From Moniliella sp. 'wahieum' (taxonomy: Eukaryota), in contig RSEE01000102.1 of the NCBI GenBank assembly GCA_003971905.1, forward strand, positions 62,001 through 126,000: DNA of 64,000 bases, written 5' to 3'. Below, one piece after another: positions 13,901-26,759 of the stretch (position 1 is its first letter; each line of letters begins with the position of its first letter). Under the pieces are notes generated by a model that made no database searches, was not told where the DNA came from, and saw only the letters and a program-made list of their open reading frames with translations. The position numbers were made by a program, and so were the translations under genes.

Positions 13901-14175
13901 GCCCGACCGAACGTGCATGAGGCACGTGTCTGCATCGTCTGTGCTGCAGCTACACGCTTCCCCCTTTGCGCTCATCTGTACAGTACCTATGGCGTTCTAA
14001 GCCCGCCCACATACGATGCCCCCATTCATATAACGTTCCCATGCATGAACGTAGCGAGAACCGACGCGGCCTCTTCGTGTCGGCAGGTGGGGAAAAATCG
14101 GTCGAGTCCGTGCAGTACACATCGAGTGTGACCAAACGAGATGGTCAGTGATATTCGAGGCCAGGCAATGCCGAA

Positions 14176-16507
14176 TCAGCGTCGGCGCCTGGGAGGAAGG
14201 GGCTCAGCCAAGCCGACGGCTTCCGCCTCGGCGGCCAACTCGGCTAGTTCATCTTGCATTTCCTCCTCGAGGGTGGGACGGGCAGGTGGGGGGAAGGAAG
14301 AAGCGAGGGGTGCGGGTGCGCGGCCGCCGTGCTTTCCATCGCATCCATGGCTTCTTCCCGCACCTTGGTAGCCTGTACTTGGGCGCGCAGCGTGTCCCGC
14401 AGCCGACAGAGACGAAGTACATGTTGGTCCGCGGCGCGTTGGGCGATCGACTGGGCAGCAATCACGTTCGTATTTGCCTTGTGCTGTTCCTCCAGAGCCG
14501 CACGGAGCTCGTCACGTTCCTGCTCCAGGTGGAGTGTATCGGACTGGATGGTACGCAAGGCGTGTCGTACCTTCCTGCTCTCTGCCAGTACGTCGCGTTC
14601 GGCGGCAGTCAGGGTATGAAGGCGTTCTGACAAACGCGTACGCCGCGCCGCCAATCGTTTCTCGTCCAACAGCGCCGTCTGCTTTTCAATCAACATATCT
14701 GCCGTTTGCGTAGCAGAATGCGGGTTTGCCATCGTACCTTCTCGCCAGGCTCGATGAAGGGGCCAGTAGCCAAAAAGGGATGGGAGCGACCGTCTTTGCG
14801 CGACTCGTCTCCTTCCCTCCGAGCCCACATTCACACCCGTTCGCACCGCTTCTGACGCCGCATCTTCCTCGGCCGCCTGGGCGTGCGCCAGCTCAATAGC
14901 CGTCATGGGCTGCCCCAACTGCGGGGCCAACTTGACATCGATCGCAGCCATGGCCGATTGACTTGCGCCGACGCCCAAGCCGTCATAGGAGGAAGCAATG
15001 GCCGTAGCTGGCGGGCACGTCTTGGTGTCCGAGGTCAACACGTTGCCCAACACATCAATGTGAGGGCTGTACGTAGCGCTGCGGACCAACATAGCAATCA
15101 CCTGGTACGGCAATGCGAGTAAATTCCATTGTGGAATCCGCGGCTCCACCACCACCACGGGGCCTACATGGGTCTTTTGCACAATGTCCGCATCGGTATC
15201 GTCCACAGACACCACGCTCGGGAGCGGGCACGACAACGGAACGAACCATACCGCTTTGGCAAGGAGGATGGAGGTGTCGCTGAGCGACTGCGGACCGTCT
15301 TGGACCAAGTTGGCCAGCGCTGTACGCGCATGCAAGGGTACGTGCGAGCTGGCGCGGATCTGGTCCGCAATAAACAGCCGATGGGACGCTGGCCAGCTCG
15401 TTGGCGGCGGCACGTCACCAGCATCGCCCACGCCAGGCAGAAGGGAGAAACATCGCGCATCGGCTCGGGGTCGCAGACGATCCAATGCATCCCCCGACTC
15501 GATGCCCCGCCGGTCCAGGGTAGGCGACCAGCGGATGGGCGCGGCGGTCGCGCGCCACGCATGGTCTCGCAGGTCCAGCGCGACCGTGCGCTGGCCGGGC
15601 AAGACCAGCTCGGTGGAGCCGTGCGGCGGCGGGGCGGAGACCGAGTGGGGAGACGAACGCGGGCTGGGAGAGGTAAGGGTGGAAGAGCTGTGCGGGGACA
15701 GCTGGACCACACCGGCCAGTTCGGTGCTGGCCAAAGGGGATGCGAGCCGGGGCGTTTGGCGGGCGGGGAGGGGCTGCTGTCCTGGCCGCTGGCAAGAGGA
15801 GGGAGTGAGGACGAAGAGCGCGAATGGAGGCTGCGATAGAGAGGCTGGGTCTGGAAGGTGGCGGGCGAGTGGGCTTTGGTGCTCGGCGTCCGCGGCGAGA
15901 GAGGCGAGGCGGCGGAGGGAAGGGGGTGCCGATGGCGGCCCCTGGAAGGGACGGGCGGGAGAGGGGGCGTCGCGAAACAGGGGTGTTGAGGGGCCGGGAG
16001 CAGACGCAGGGGGGGTCCTGGGGGGGGGCGTGCGGGGGAGGCGGAGCGGGAGGCAGAGCGGGGAGCAGAGCTGGGGGGCGAGACGGAGGTGGACTTGTGA
16101 TGGAGATGGGGTTGGAGTTGGGGTTGGATGGGGGATGGTGTTGGAGTTGGAGGTGGGCGGGCGTGGGCGTGGCGGCGGGCGCAGAGTCGGAGCTGGAGAT
16201 GGAGATGATGTTGGAGCGGCCGCTGGAGCTGGACTGGGAGCTGGACTGGGAGCTGGACTGGGAGCTCGAATGGGCGCTGGAGTGGGCGCTGGAACTGAAG
16301 CTGGAACCGAAGCTGGAGCCCGAGGCAGAGCCCGAAGCGGAGCCCGAAGCGGAGCCCGAAGCGGAGCCCGAGCAGAGCCCGAAGCGGAGCCCGAAGCGGA
16401 GCCCGAAGCGGAGCCCGAGGCGAGCCCGAGCTGGACGGCGAGCTGGAGCTGGTGGTGCTCGCAGAGCCAGAGCTGCGGCGGGAGCGAGCGGGAGTCGTGC
16501 GGCCCAT
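14176..16507 (-). CDS. Hypothetical protein: Ser/Pro low-complexity N-terminus, C-terminal coiled coil
   Basis: Long open frame within ORF 14244-17501; heptad-rich C-terminus (LIEKQTALLDEKRL..LEQERDELRAALEEQ); probable intron ~15251-15174; head-to-head with SPP2 across an E-box. Family not recognised. Confidence 0.6.
16195..16450. repeat. 12-bp and 6-bp coding minisatellites (GCCCGAAGCGGA)n and (GGAGCTGGACTG)n
   Basis: Tandem copies directly visible. Confidence 0.9.
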
Positions 16508-16627
16508 GTCCGGCGTCGTGCTCGTCGTGCTCGCCGTGCTGCTCGCCGTGTCCCAGGGCCGGGGCGAGGGAGGTGGTGGTGGTGAGGCTGGCGTGTCGCG
16601 CGCAACGCAATGCCGTGCTGTGCCTGG

Positions 16628-16641
16628 GCGTCACGTGACGC
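16628..16641. promoter_or_regulatory. 14-bp palindrome GCGTCACGTGACGC (E-box) in a divergent promoter
   Basis: Perfect palindrome in the ~160-220 bp gap between head-to-head genes. Confidence 0.6.
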
Positions 16642-16667
16642 GCCCTTGACACGCAGAACACCAATCG

Positions 16668-18147
16668 ATGGGCCCAAGATTTTCTTTCCAAGTGCCGCCG
16701 CCAACGCCGCCATCGCGCCCCACCGCCATGAGCGTCCAGCGCGCCGCGGCCTTTGCCGCCGACCAAGACGACGGCGAGGGCAGTGGAAACGCCGCCGCCG
16801 CTTCGTCCCACACCCTCACCACCTTCCACCACGGCCAACGCCCTGCTGCTGAGCGCGCCGCCGAGCGTGCCGCCGCGCGTGCCGCCCATGCTGCCCGCCA
16901 CCGCGTCATCCCTGCTCTCCCTGACGACGACCTGCGTGCCCGTGCCCGCGCCCGCGCCCAAGCCCAAGCCCAGCCTCCTTCCCACCCGGATCCGTCCCCA
17001 GAGACGGTCGGCGGCGCTCCTGACCGTGTTGGTCTCTTCCTGCCCACCGCGCGCCGCGCGCCGCACCCCAGCGTAGCCTAAGCTCCACCCCCCACCCGAC
17101 CGCCAAGACGGGTCCCGCGCAGGCACGCCCCCTTCTCCCGAGGCGGAATTGGAAGCTGCGGCCCGCGCTGCCGTTCTATCCGGTCGCTCTGCTATGGATG
17201 CCAGGCCGGACCAGGCCGCGATCCCACTGAGCGCGGCCAACGAGCTGTACCAACTGCGGCAAGATGTGCACGATCGGCCGGATGCGCCGACAGAGGCGGC
17301 GTACGCTGCCACGCCTGTCGAGGGATTCGGAGCGGCGATGTTACGTGGGATGGGGTGGAAGCCTGGGCAGGGTGCAGGTAGGAGGCGCGACGGGCCAGAA
17401 CACGCTCCGGAGCACAAACGCCGTCCTGCACTTCTTGGCTTGGGCGCTGCGCCTAAGCTGACGGAATTGCTCGACAAGCGCTCTGGCGCTTCGCATGCCA
17501 AGCCTGCTGCTGTTCGTCAACAGGCTCGTGACTATCGCCCCATTTCTCGCCGCGAACGTGCGAAAGAGGAAGGCGCGGGAGATGGCCCGTCAAAGCAAGC
17601 CCCAGCCTCGGACAAAGATGTGAATCGGCAGTCCGAGCCAAGGAGCAGTCGTCGGCACGATGAGGACCGCCGATCTCACCAGAGGGACGAGGGGAGCCGT
17701 TCTCACCAAAGGGACGAGAGCAACCGTTCTCGTCGTAAAGACGAGGACACCCGTTCTCACCGTGCGGATGAGGACCGCCGTTCCCAACATCGCTCCAGCC
17801 AGCACTCGTCGCATCGGGACGACCGGCCTCGCTCCGATTCTCACCGTTCCGATCGTTCCCGGTACCGATCGCATTCCTCTCGGTATGATTCCTCACGAGC
17901 TGAGCGCCCCCGCCATGAGCGTTCCCATCGTCCGAGGGACAGGGATGCGCGCGAGCACGAGCGCGAGCGCGAACGCGAACGCGAACGCTCCCTTTCCCCG
18001 AGGGGAGCCCAAGAAGATAGTGCGCCCTCCCACCGCCCACACTACATATTTGAATCGAGAAACCCGCCCATGTCATGCATCATGTCGCTTCTACGAATGC
18101 CCATTTACTCGCTCGGTTTTTGGACGAAATCGACCGAGAACAGATAA
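16668..18147 (+). CDS. SPP2: Pre-mRNA splicing factor Spp2/Cwf28 (G-patch_2) with R/D/S/H-rich tail
   Basis: RPDAPTEAAYAATPVEGFGAAMLRGMGWKPGQG..KRRPALLGLGA is the Spp2/MOS2-type G-patch. Confidence 0.88.
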
Positions 18148-18571
18148 TGTGGCTCTCAGAGAAAGCCAGGGGGCTGGTGCTCGTTGGTGAAATAGGGTGT
18201 GCGCTTCCCGCAACGCCATCGATACTCTCTCTTTTCAATTCGTTCGGGTAAAGACGCAAAGACTCCGGAAGCACTGCGAACCAACCACACTGATATCCCC
18301 GCGCCGAGACGTTGGTCCAGGCGCGGATCGGAAGCCGCAGAAAGGCACCACAACAACTCAAGCGTTCACCATATGGACTTTGACCGCACAGAAGGACCTA
18401 GGCCACATTCTCCCTCGCAGCTTCTGGTGTCCTTCTGGTGTCCTGAACATGTTCAGTCCGCTTGGGAAGACCATCTTGCACCGCCAGCGATCAAGGATCA
18501 TCGATCAAGCTTCAAGGCACCGCTTCGGACAACCTTTACGTATTCCAAGCATGTTTTTGTTTGAGCAAGTG

Positions 18572-18656
18572 TCTCCGATAGTTTAGTGGCTATGACACGT
18601 CCCTGTCATGTTGACGGACGTTCGGACGAGACCGGGTTCGATTCCCGGTCGGAGAG
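18572..18656 (+). tRNA. tRNA-Asp(GTC) with a ~14-nt intron (18609-18622)
   Basis: Acceptor stem TCTCCGA/TCGGAGA, anticodon stem CGTCC/GGACG with CT-GTC-A|C, T-arm CCGGG-TTCGATT-CCCGG, discriminator G, T5 terminator at 18660-18664. Confidence 0.92.
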
Positions 18657-21600
18657 AACTTTTTGTCATGCTCTACCCGAAGCAGCGTGACTCGAGACGG
18701 CAGTCTCCTACACACACATTACCACCATTTCTCATCACTATACGTGGGAGAGATTGTTCTCTCTTGGGTATTCAACGAGGGAAAGCCAAGAGCTCTGCGG
18801 AGGGCGTGGTGATTTCACTTGGCTCACACGCCAAAAACGAGTCGTTAGAACTGTTCACCCACACGTACGAGAACAGATACAGTAGTGGGAAGTGTCTCTC
18901 TCTTATAGTTGGTCTGCCAGCGAACCCTCTCTACCCATCGGGAACGTCTGCACGTTGCTCTCTACTAACCTCCGGCGAGGGATCAGACGAACACCATCAC
19001 ACAACTTTTTCTTTGTCTCTCCCCCTTCAGTTCTGGCATATATGTGTGGGAAATACATGCAGCTAACTACGACATCCGCCACCACAGTGAGGGACATATA
19101 TACCAACAATGAAATCGCCCTTCTCTGTGCACCTCCTCATATGGTAACTCTATACTCTCAGTGACTAGCTCTGGACGGCAGACGGTCTGTGAATGTGGAC
19201 AGAGCAGTAAGTGGGGTATCCTCTTGGACGTGTTCCCTTCTGAGTACCCCGCGTGCTGACCACTCAGGCTACTGAGGCCGCTACATGTATACTGAGAGTA
19301 ACATGCGGCTCTCACATTGGCTGCTGCGCTGGGCAATCAAGCGAGCAAAAAAAGCAGTGACATGGGGGGGAGCCGTTGCCAGTACAGGCGAACGAAGGGA
19401 ATCGATAAGCTGAAAACTAGTAGAGGCATCTTTTTCTTATATCATTGTCAAAGGTGAAGGAAATCTTAGAGGGACTGGGATGAGATATCAGGGTTCATAC
19501 CTAAAACGGTCGTCAGAAAGAGAGGATACTATAGAATAGAGATTATTGTCGCACCGAGAAAAGCGAAGAGATCACACAGTCTGTGGATCCTCATGAGAGA
19601 CCCACAGTTTTCGTCCCCCACAGCTTACATTTCTTCCAATGGAATCCACATGAGATCGTTCAGAGTTTACCGTCGACCTGACTGTATGTTTCCTTACAAA
19701 ACGGTCTATGACATTGAGTCTGCATATATAGTAGATGTGCTTGCGAAAACTGAACGGTAAACGTCCCGTGTGTGGACACCAGTGAGTACGAGTAGTACTA
19801 CTCTCTGACGGGTCACACACCCATTCCCGCCAGCTATGTGGGTATGACCATGTTCTAGATCTTCCTTGATTCCTTTACGTCTCTTTCCCCTCATCACGCG
19901 CGTGGTTTACCGTCTGATTCTTCTTCTCCTCCGGTTATAAGGCACCATTCCATACAGCCTGAATGAATACCATCGGCATCCAAAGCAATCTCCTTCCTAC
20001 TACACTCTCACCGTTGGTATTGAGACCTGAACTGTGACGGGGTTGCTGGCGTCCCAGGGGAGACCTTCCCTGCCCATCGGGACAAGACTCACGGAGGACG
20101 GAACGCGATTCAGATCCAAAGCCCAAGGAGCACTGGCATGAACGTTGGAGTGTCGTGAGCAGTGCTTTACTGTGGTCGTCGGACACAAAACCAGGCATAG
20201 TCCCCTGGAATTTGCTGGTTAAGGGTCGGAGGATCAAGCGGGGAGTCCTGATGAGAGGAGGGAGGGTATAAGCGAGCTGATGGGAAAGGTGGCTCTTCTA
20301 GAGTGGAGTTGGCCTAGAGAAAGGATGAAGGGGAAAGGAAGGAATCAGAATGGTGGGCGGCTTGGGTCATCACAACTGGATCTAAGAACATGCAGGTTTT
20401 ATAGAAGAGAAAGGGATCCAAGGGAAGACCAACAGGTTTACAGAAAAAGGGGGGACGAGTCAAAAGGAAGCAGTGAGGACCAAGCGCGAGAGGCACGAGG
20501 TGAGATACGAGGCGAGGGTCAAGGGCGAAGTGGACCCGAGACGAGAAACGAGGCGGGAGAGCGGGTCGAGATCATGTGTAGCGTTTTGGATTTTTAGTCG
20601 AGTGCGAGCGGAGAAGAGACCAATTGATATGGATTTGTAGATGTGCTGAGAATCCGAGTCACGAGAGCGAAGGATAGCAAACTTGAGTAGTGATAGGTAG
20701 AGAATCCGAGACGCGAGAGCGACGATGAGAGGAAGTGGCGGTGGCGCGACTTAATCGTCGCTCCGTGACATGAGCAAGCCCTGAGTCTAGGACGTTGAAC
20801 GCCATATTGGACCCAGAGCCTCTGCCGCTCGTCCAGAGGAAACTGCTGGTATGTAACAGGACGGTGTACCCACACATCTTGAAGTCTTCCGTACAAGTAC
20901 TCTGTAGACTCCGCCTCATCGAACGAATTTAGGGAACACACGATATAGTATTTTGTTGATATGCAACGTCGACAGTAGTGTGATTCACAAGCCCTCGACG
21001 CAGTGGTGAACGTCTATCCTTTTGACCCCTCTCGCGTTTCCCGAAACGAAGCTACCATCCGACCCTCCTATATCTTCTCTCTCTCTTCAAGCTTCACATT
21101 ATATCTTCTTCCCTTCCTCGCACGCACCGTCTATCCCTAAAGGAAAGACCAACTCACACGTTCCTACAAAATATGACTTTTGATTAGCTTGTGATGATAA
21201 ATTTGGTCACTCGCTGGCCGACATGATGCCGGCCACACGTTATCGGTATACCTTGTGTGTATGTCCATCCACCACCTTTTGTCTTATCGAGTATTTATCA
21301 TTCCGGATGTGGCCATGATGCTATCCACGACTGAGCCCCAACGGCCTAACGCGCTGATGCGCTGCTGATGTTACATCATGGTCAATTCATACTACTAAGG
21401 GAACTCTCAGGGTACTCCCGTATCATTTGCGAAACTGGTGCAACAAGGAGAGGAGAAACGCTTCCCTCCTCGACACCAGTCTTTCGCTAATACTCTTGCG
21501 TTTTTGGTGCCGACAGCGCTTTCCAACGTCGTCTCTTGTGACATGAGAGCGCTATCGTTGTTGTTTTCACGCGAAGACGAGATAAAGATTAAGCGACCGA

Positions 21601-24600
21601 CGGGCGCGCTATCTCCAGAGTGTAACATGCGTGTGAGAGCATATGAGCTCTTTTCCCCGGCGAGTTTGTGCAACAGGATCGCCGCTTTGGGTGTGGCGCA
21701 AACCTCTGTGGGACATGTGACACACGTGAGGTGAAATGGGACAGTCACATCTGAGATCTGACCGCGGGAGCGCATGGAGATCGGAGAGGACTAGGTGTAT
21801 TGGTGTATTGTCACATGCATCACATGCCATGTCACATGTCATGCATCATGGGGTGGCCGGTAGGTATACGTTCCAAGGTCTCTAAGGCCTGAAGCGAGTG
21901 AGTAACGGGTATACTATAAAGACGGCAGAGTGCAAGCTACAGTGCATGTAGAAGGTCAGGACCAACCTGAGGATAAGGAAGTTAATATGCAGATCACTGA
22001 GCTATGAAGTGCCGATATGAGCTCTTGAGAGATGGTCGAGGTGATTGGAGTGATGCAACGATCGACATACGTGCATGCTGAACTTCAGCGGTAAGCGATA
22101 CCATGCGCCAACAACATGAGGATACGCTGCAGCTTCATAATGCATAACCTAACCCAAGCATCAATAAGCTTCAAGCTTCAAGCAACTTGAAGCTCGTGTC
22201 CATCTGGGCAAACTTAAGAGAGAGATAGCCAATGTAAGCGGAAAAGGGTCGTTAATGGATGTTGGCATGGCCGCGTGGTAGATGCCAGCACACGCGACGA
22301 AACTACTATACCATCCCGGCCATCACATCCCCTCTCACCGACGACAACGGAGCCGAGTTTATTCGGGCGTACCACTGAGTGACTGGAGTGACCCGCGAAG
22401 ACGTAGTTACTGGTTACCGGTTACCGGTTACACCGTTTATCGATTATCCTCTCTGTTTGAGCTTTAAGCTGTCACTCTTTAGACTGTGCCGCCTCAGCCT
22501 GAGGCCTGAGGTACACATAAACGTGAAAAAGACCGGAGCTGACGGGTGTGATACAGCAGCTGGCAGGCAATCCAATATCCAACGATGCCACCTTTCCGTC
22601 ACCATTCGCTTCGTGTCCAAACGATGGTGCCGAAGACGACAAACGCGTCTTCCGTCCCCCCTTGGGATTTTGCCAGGATGTGATTTTGAGTGGAGAGGTA
22701 AGCAGTATATAATGGGAGAAGATGTTGGACATGATAGAAGACGTCGGACGAGTGACCCACACTCATGTATAATGTCGGTAGCGCCGTGCGCGTGAAGCTC
22801 GACAGGAATACATCTCTGACAGAGTGACAAGTGACCGGTTACCGGTTACCGGTTACCAGGGACTAGTGATTAATGATTGGTACGATTAGTGACTCTGGTC
22901 ACCCGGTCACAGTCACTTGACATACGTGTCTTCCACCCACGCACATGGCCCAGAAAATAACATGCGCGAGAGCCTGCGTGTCGGAACTCTCTGATCTGAT
23001 GGGGTCGAGACGGGCAACATATAGGAACGAGGTTTGTTGGAGATGATCGATGACACGGACACGAAAATGCCCTGACACCCGGGGGGCTCAGAAGCCAGTC
23101 ATGTGCATGAGCGATAGTCATGGCCAGGTCCAGAACCCAGTTCCTAGATACATGCGGGCCCATCAAACGCCCCAAGGTATATTTTCTTCCAGCACATGGT
23201 CGTGCGCAGTGACTAGTGACTAGTGAATGTCATATTCTGCGAAGATAGTGGTGGGTTGGCTGGATGGCAGGGGATGCCGGTACAGGGCGGATTATGAAAA
23301 GAGTTTAGAGTGAGATGTAGCATGCTTCTGTTCCTTGTTGCGCATCTCCACGTGTCCTGATGACGGGGACAGGTGACGCGACGTGCCATACATGGCGTGG
23401 CCAACATACAGGCCATGCACATTGGCCGAAATTGCGAGCACAGCACAGAGAAGAGTGGACGCCGGGACGGGAGAAACGGTGGGAATGGACTTATCGGTTA
23501 CCGGTTGCGCGTTACGCGTTACGGTGCATGGACAAGTGTCCATGTGGATGTGCGACTGCAACAGAAGGCAAAAGGTACGTGAAGATACGAGGGTACATAT
23601 GTGTTGCGTCTCCCTCCTATATCCACACTGCGTGCACTACTACTGTGCCGAACTATCGACCACCAGCTAGGATGCAGGAACTCTTCGCCGAAACATTGTG
23701 AAACGGAGGAACGCACGGATGGCTCGGTGCTCATGCGTCGTGGATTGCCTGACTGCGCCCCCCTGCTACCGTATCTGCTGTTTTGAGCGATGGTGATGAT
23801 CGGCGGCTGTCCGAGCTGGCGTTAAGCTTTAAATGGGGGGCAGAGCCTTCCAACGCCGAGGCGCCGGTGGGAGCAGTCGAGCAGTCTAACTAGCAGTGCT
23901 CGTAGCCAGCAGCCACATGCTTCCCAGCACTCTGCGCCCCTGCGCCCACCCATCCACACTGCCCGCCTGCGGCTGCCCTGCCACAAGAGACGTGTCTGTG
24001 CTGCTGCAGTACCTCAGTACTCAGTACTCGCATGCCACACCCACTCACCCTATCACGTGTCCCTCGCGTGTCCATGTCGGTGTCTGCGCTGCCGTGCGCC
24101 GCTGCCCCCTGTGCGCCCCCACTGATCAAGTTGGCTAACGACCGGCCACCGTGGCTGCGGCACACGGCGGCCGCGCGCACCAGCTCAACGTTTAGTATGT
24201 TCAACACGGCGTGGCCACTCGATCACTTCGGTCACCAGCAGCAGCCTGCACTCTCAGATCTCATGCCTCCCTCCCTGCCTCTCTGTCGCCCATTCGAGCT
24301 GCAAACTAGCTTCAAGAGGCTACCACCGATACCAGGCCGAACCGCCAGGTGACTAGTGATCGATGATCGCCGCGATCGACATGCCCAGCAAAGCAGCAGT
24401 GTGTGGAGCAGCGCTCAGATGGGATTCGTGCTAAGCGCTAAGCGAGCCTTCCTCTCCAGATCACAGCATGCGCACAGTCACTAGTCGATGTTGTTCGTTC
24501 CACTTGAACCTCCGCCCCACAGCGCCCTATTCCTCCGAGGGGTTATTACCGGTTATCGATTATCTCGGTGTACATATAACCCCTGCTGCCGCACCCACAA

Positions 24601-24725
24601 CACTGTCTTTTCCTCCACCAGCACCTCCCCCTCTATCCTCCCCTCCTCCTCCTCCCCCCCTCCACGTTCTTTCTTCCCGCCTTACCCCCCCCCCCCCCAC
24701 GTTCTCTATCCCCTCTCGCGTCGCC

Positions 24726-26759
24726 ATGTTCGCCGCGGCGTCCTCCTCCTCGCCGCCTCCTCCGCCGCCCTTGGCGCGCGTGTGCTCAGCGGCGCCAAGA
24801 TTAACACCGAAGCCTAAATACGTCTCGGCTGCCACCGCCGCCCACCACGGCCAGGGGCTCGAGTTCACCATTTACCTCCCCTCGGCCGACGATGCCGGTC
24901 TGGACAAGCGCATGGAGGAGATTTCCCTCAACCGGGACCTGCCCTGGCTGTCGGAGGAAGAACTGGGCAAGTACGTACGGCCGCAGGCACACCACATTGC
25001 TGCTGTCCAGAAGCACCTGCAGGACCATGGCATTGGTGCGGATGACTTGGTCTGGTCGCCGCACCAGGACCAGGTGCGGGTCAAGGCGACGGCCAAGACG
25101 GTCAAGGACATGTTCCCTGGTACGGAGCTGCACGTGTAAACTACCGCGCTACCTCGCCTACGCTCAAGTCGCACGCATCTACCTCCCTGATCACCTGGAC
25201 GATGCCATCACCCACATCTCCCACCTCGCCGACTTCCCCGTCACCCACGGCTCGGCGGTCCGTGCTCCGGAGGAGCTGCAGACCAAGAAGCGGCCAATGT
25301 TGCCGCGCCTTCTCGTCCGAGCAAGCACAACAAGCGCTTTGGTCACGTCCATGGCTCTCCCATCCACGCGCCCATTCAACAAGGGCCCAATGGAGCTGCC
25401 GCGACCGGTACCGACACGCCGACGAAGCTTACTGGTCATCTGACCGACTGTGACCAGGAGCTCATCCCGGCCTCGTGCTTGCGTCATTACTATGGCACCT
25501 ACGACTACACCCAGCAGCTCAAGGACGACCCGGCTACCGCTCCGGACACGACCATCTTTGGCTACATTGGCGAGAACGCTAACCAGGACGACTTGACCAC
25601 CTACCTGAAAAGTACCGTCCCGAAGCGGCTGGGTACAAGATTGACATTGAAGACATATGGTGCTTACACCAACGCCTCGGCGCCCACTTCCGAGGCACAG
25701 CTGGACATTCAGTTGGGTACGTTGTTCATCCTACCATCCTATATCTTCTAACTGCACAGTGGAGGGTGAGACTGACTCTGCCTGCCCCTCTTCGTCTGCC
25801 AAACTCTCAGTGGTCGGTCAGTCGTGGCCGCTGCAGACCAAGTACGTGAACCTCGGTGCGCCTGACGACCCGCAGGACATTTTCCTCCAGACGTTTGACT
25901 GGCTCTTGTACCATGGGGCAAGAAGCAGCGCCCTGGTGTGGTGTCCATCTCGTACACGTCCGAGGAAGATGGCATGACGGTTTCGGGTGCGCAGGCCATG
26001 TGCAACTCGGCTAAGAAACTGTCTGCGTTGGGCACGACGATTGCCGTGTCATCGGGTGACTATGGTGTGACGGGCTTTGGGGCGCAAGAGAAAGAGTGGT
26101 GCGCGGCGGATGGCGGTAAGCACCCGTTTATCCCCCTCTACCCGGTTACCTGCCCTTACATTTTGGCCGTCGGGGCGAACCGCGGGTTCAACGGATTGCG
26201 GATGGCGAAGCGATGGTCAACATTAGTGCCGGTGTTGGCGGTCTGTCTTCTGGCTTTTACTCGGGGCGCCGCTCGCTCCAACATCTTCCCCCTTTCTAGC
26301 GCCAAGTACCAGGAAAAGGATGTCAAGCACCTGAATAAGCGCATCGCTCACTCGCCCACCGAACTCCTACATGTACAACCACACTGGTCGTCTGTACCCG
26401 GATCTGACTATGAACGGGTGGTGGGCTGATGTGGTGGTGGGTGGCCAAGTGACCGGGATCGGGGGCACGTCCGCCTCCACGCCCACCACGGCTGCGCTCT
26501 TGTCGCTGGTCAACGATGCGTTGGTGCGCCAGGGCAAGTCGCGTCTCGGCTGGGCCCACCCGATGCTCTACTCGAAAAAGATCCGCGAGGAGGCGTTCAA
26601 GGACATTTACCTGGGCGGCTCCTTTGGCTGCAACCCCATCACCACCGGCAACGATTATGGTGTGGAGTACGTCGGTGCCAAGGGCGCGCTGGGTACGATA
26701 GCTCCTCGGGCCTCGGCTCGTTCCGCTTCAAGCAGCTCACCCGCGCCCTGGGAGTGTAA
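24726..26759 (+). CDS. Sedolisin/tripeptidyl-peptidase (peptidase S53) with pro-kumamolisin-type propeptide
   Basis: Propeptide (WLSEEELGKYVRP, VRVKATAKTVKDMF); catalytic EAQLD, VSISY, SSGDYGV, PLYPVTCPYILAVG, GRLYPD, GGTSASTP..LVNDA..LGW.HP.LY, FKDI..G. Intron near 25717-25810. Confidence 0.93.

Noticed and set aside
14244..17501. Single 1085-aa minus-strand ORF
   Set aside because: Its first ~300 codons are the antisense shadow of SPP2 and the shared promoter in GC-rich DNA; the real gene probably starts near 16507.
21700..21845. TGTGAC/TGTCAC motifs as LTR ends
   Set aside because: No paired long repeat, primer-binding site or gag/pol remnant found; they fit the short palindromic repeat pattern instead.
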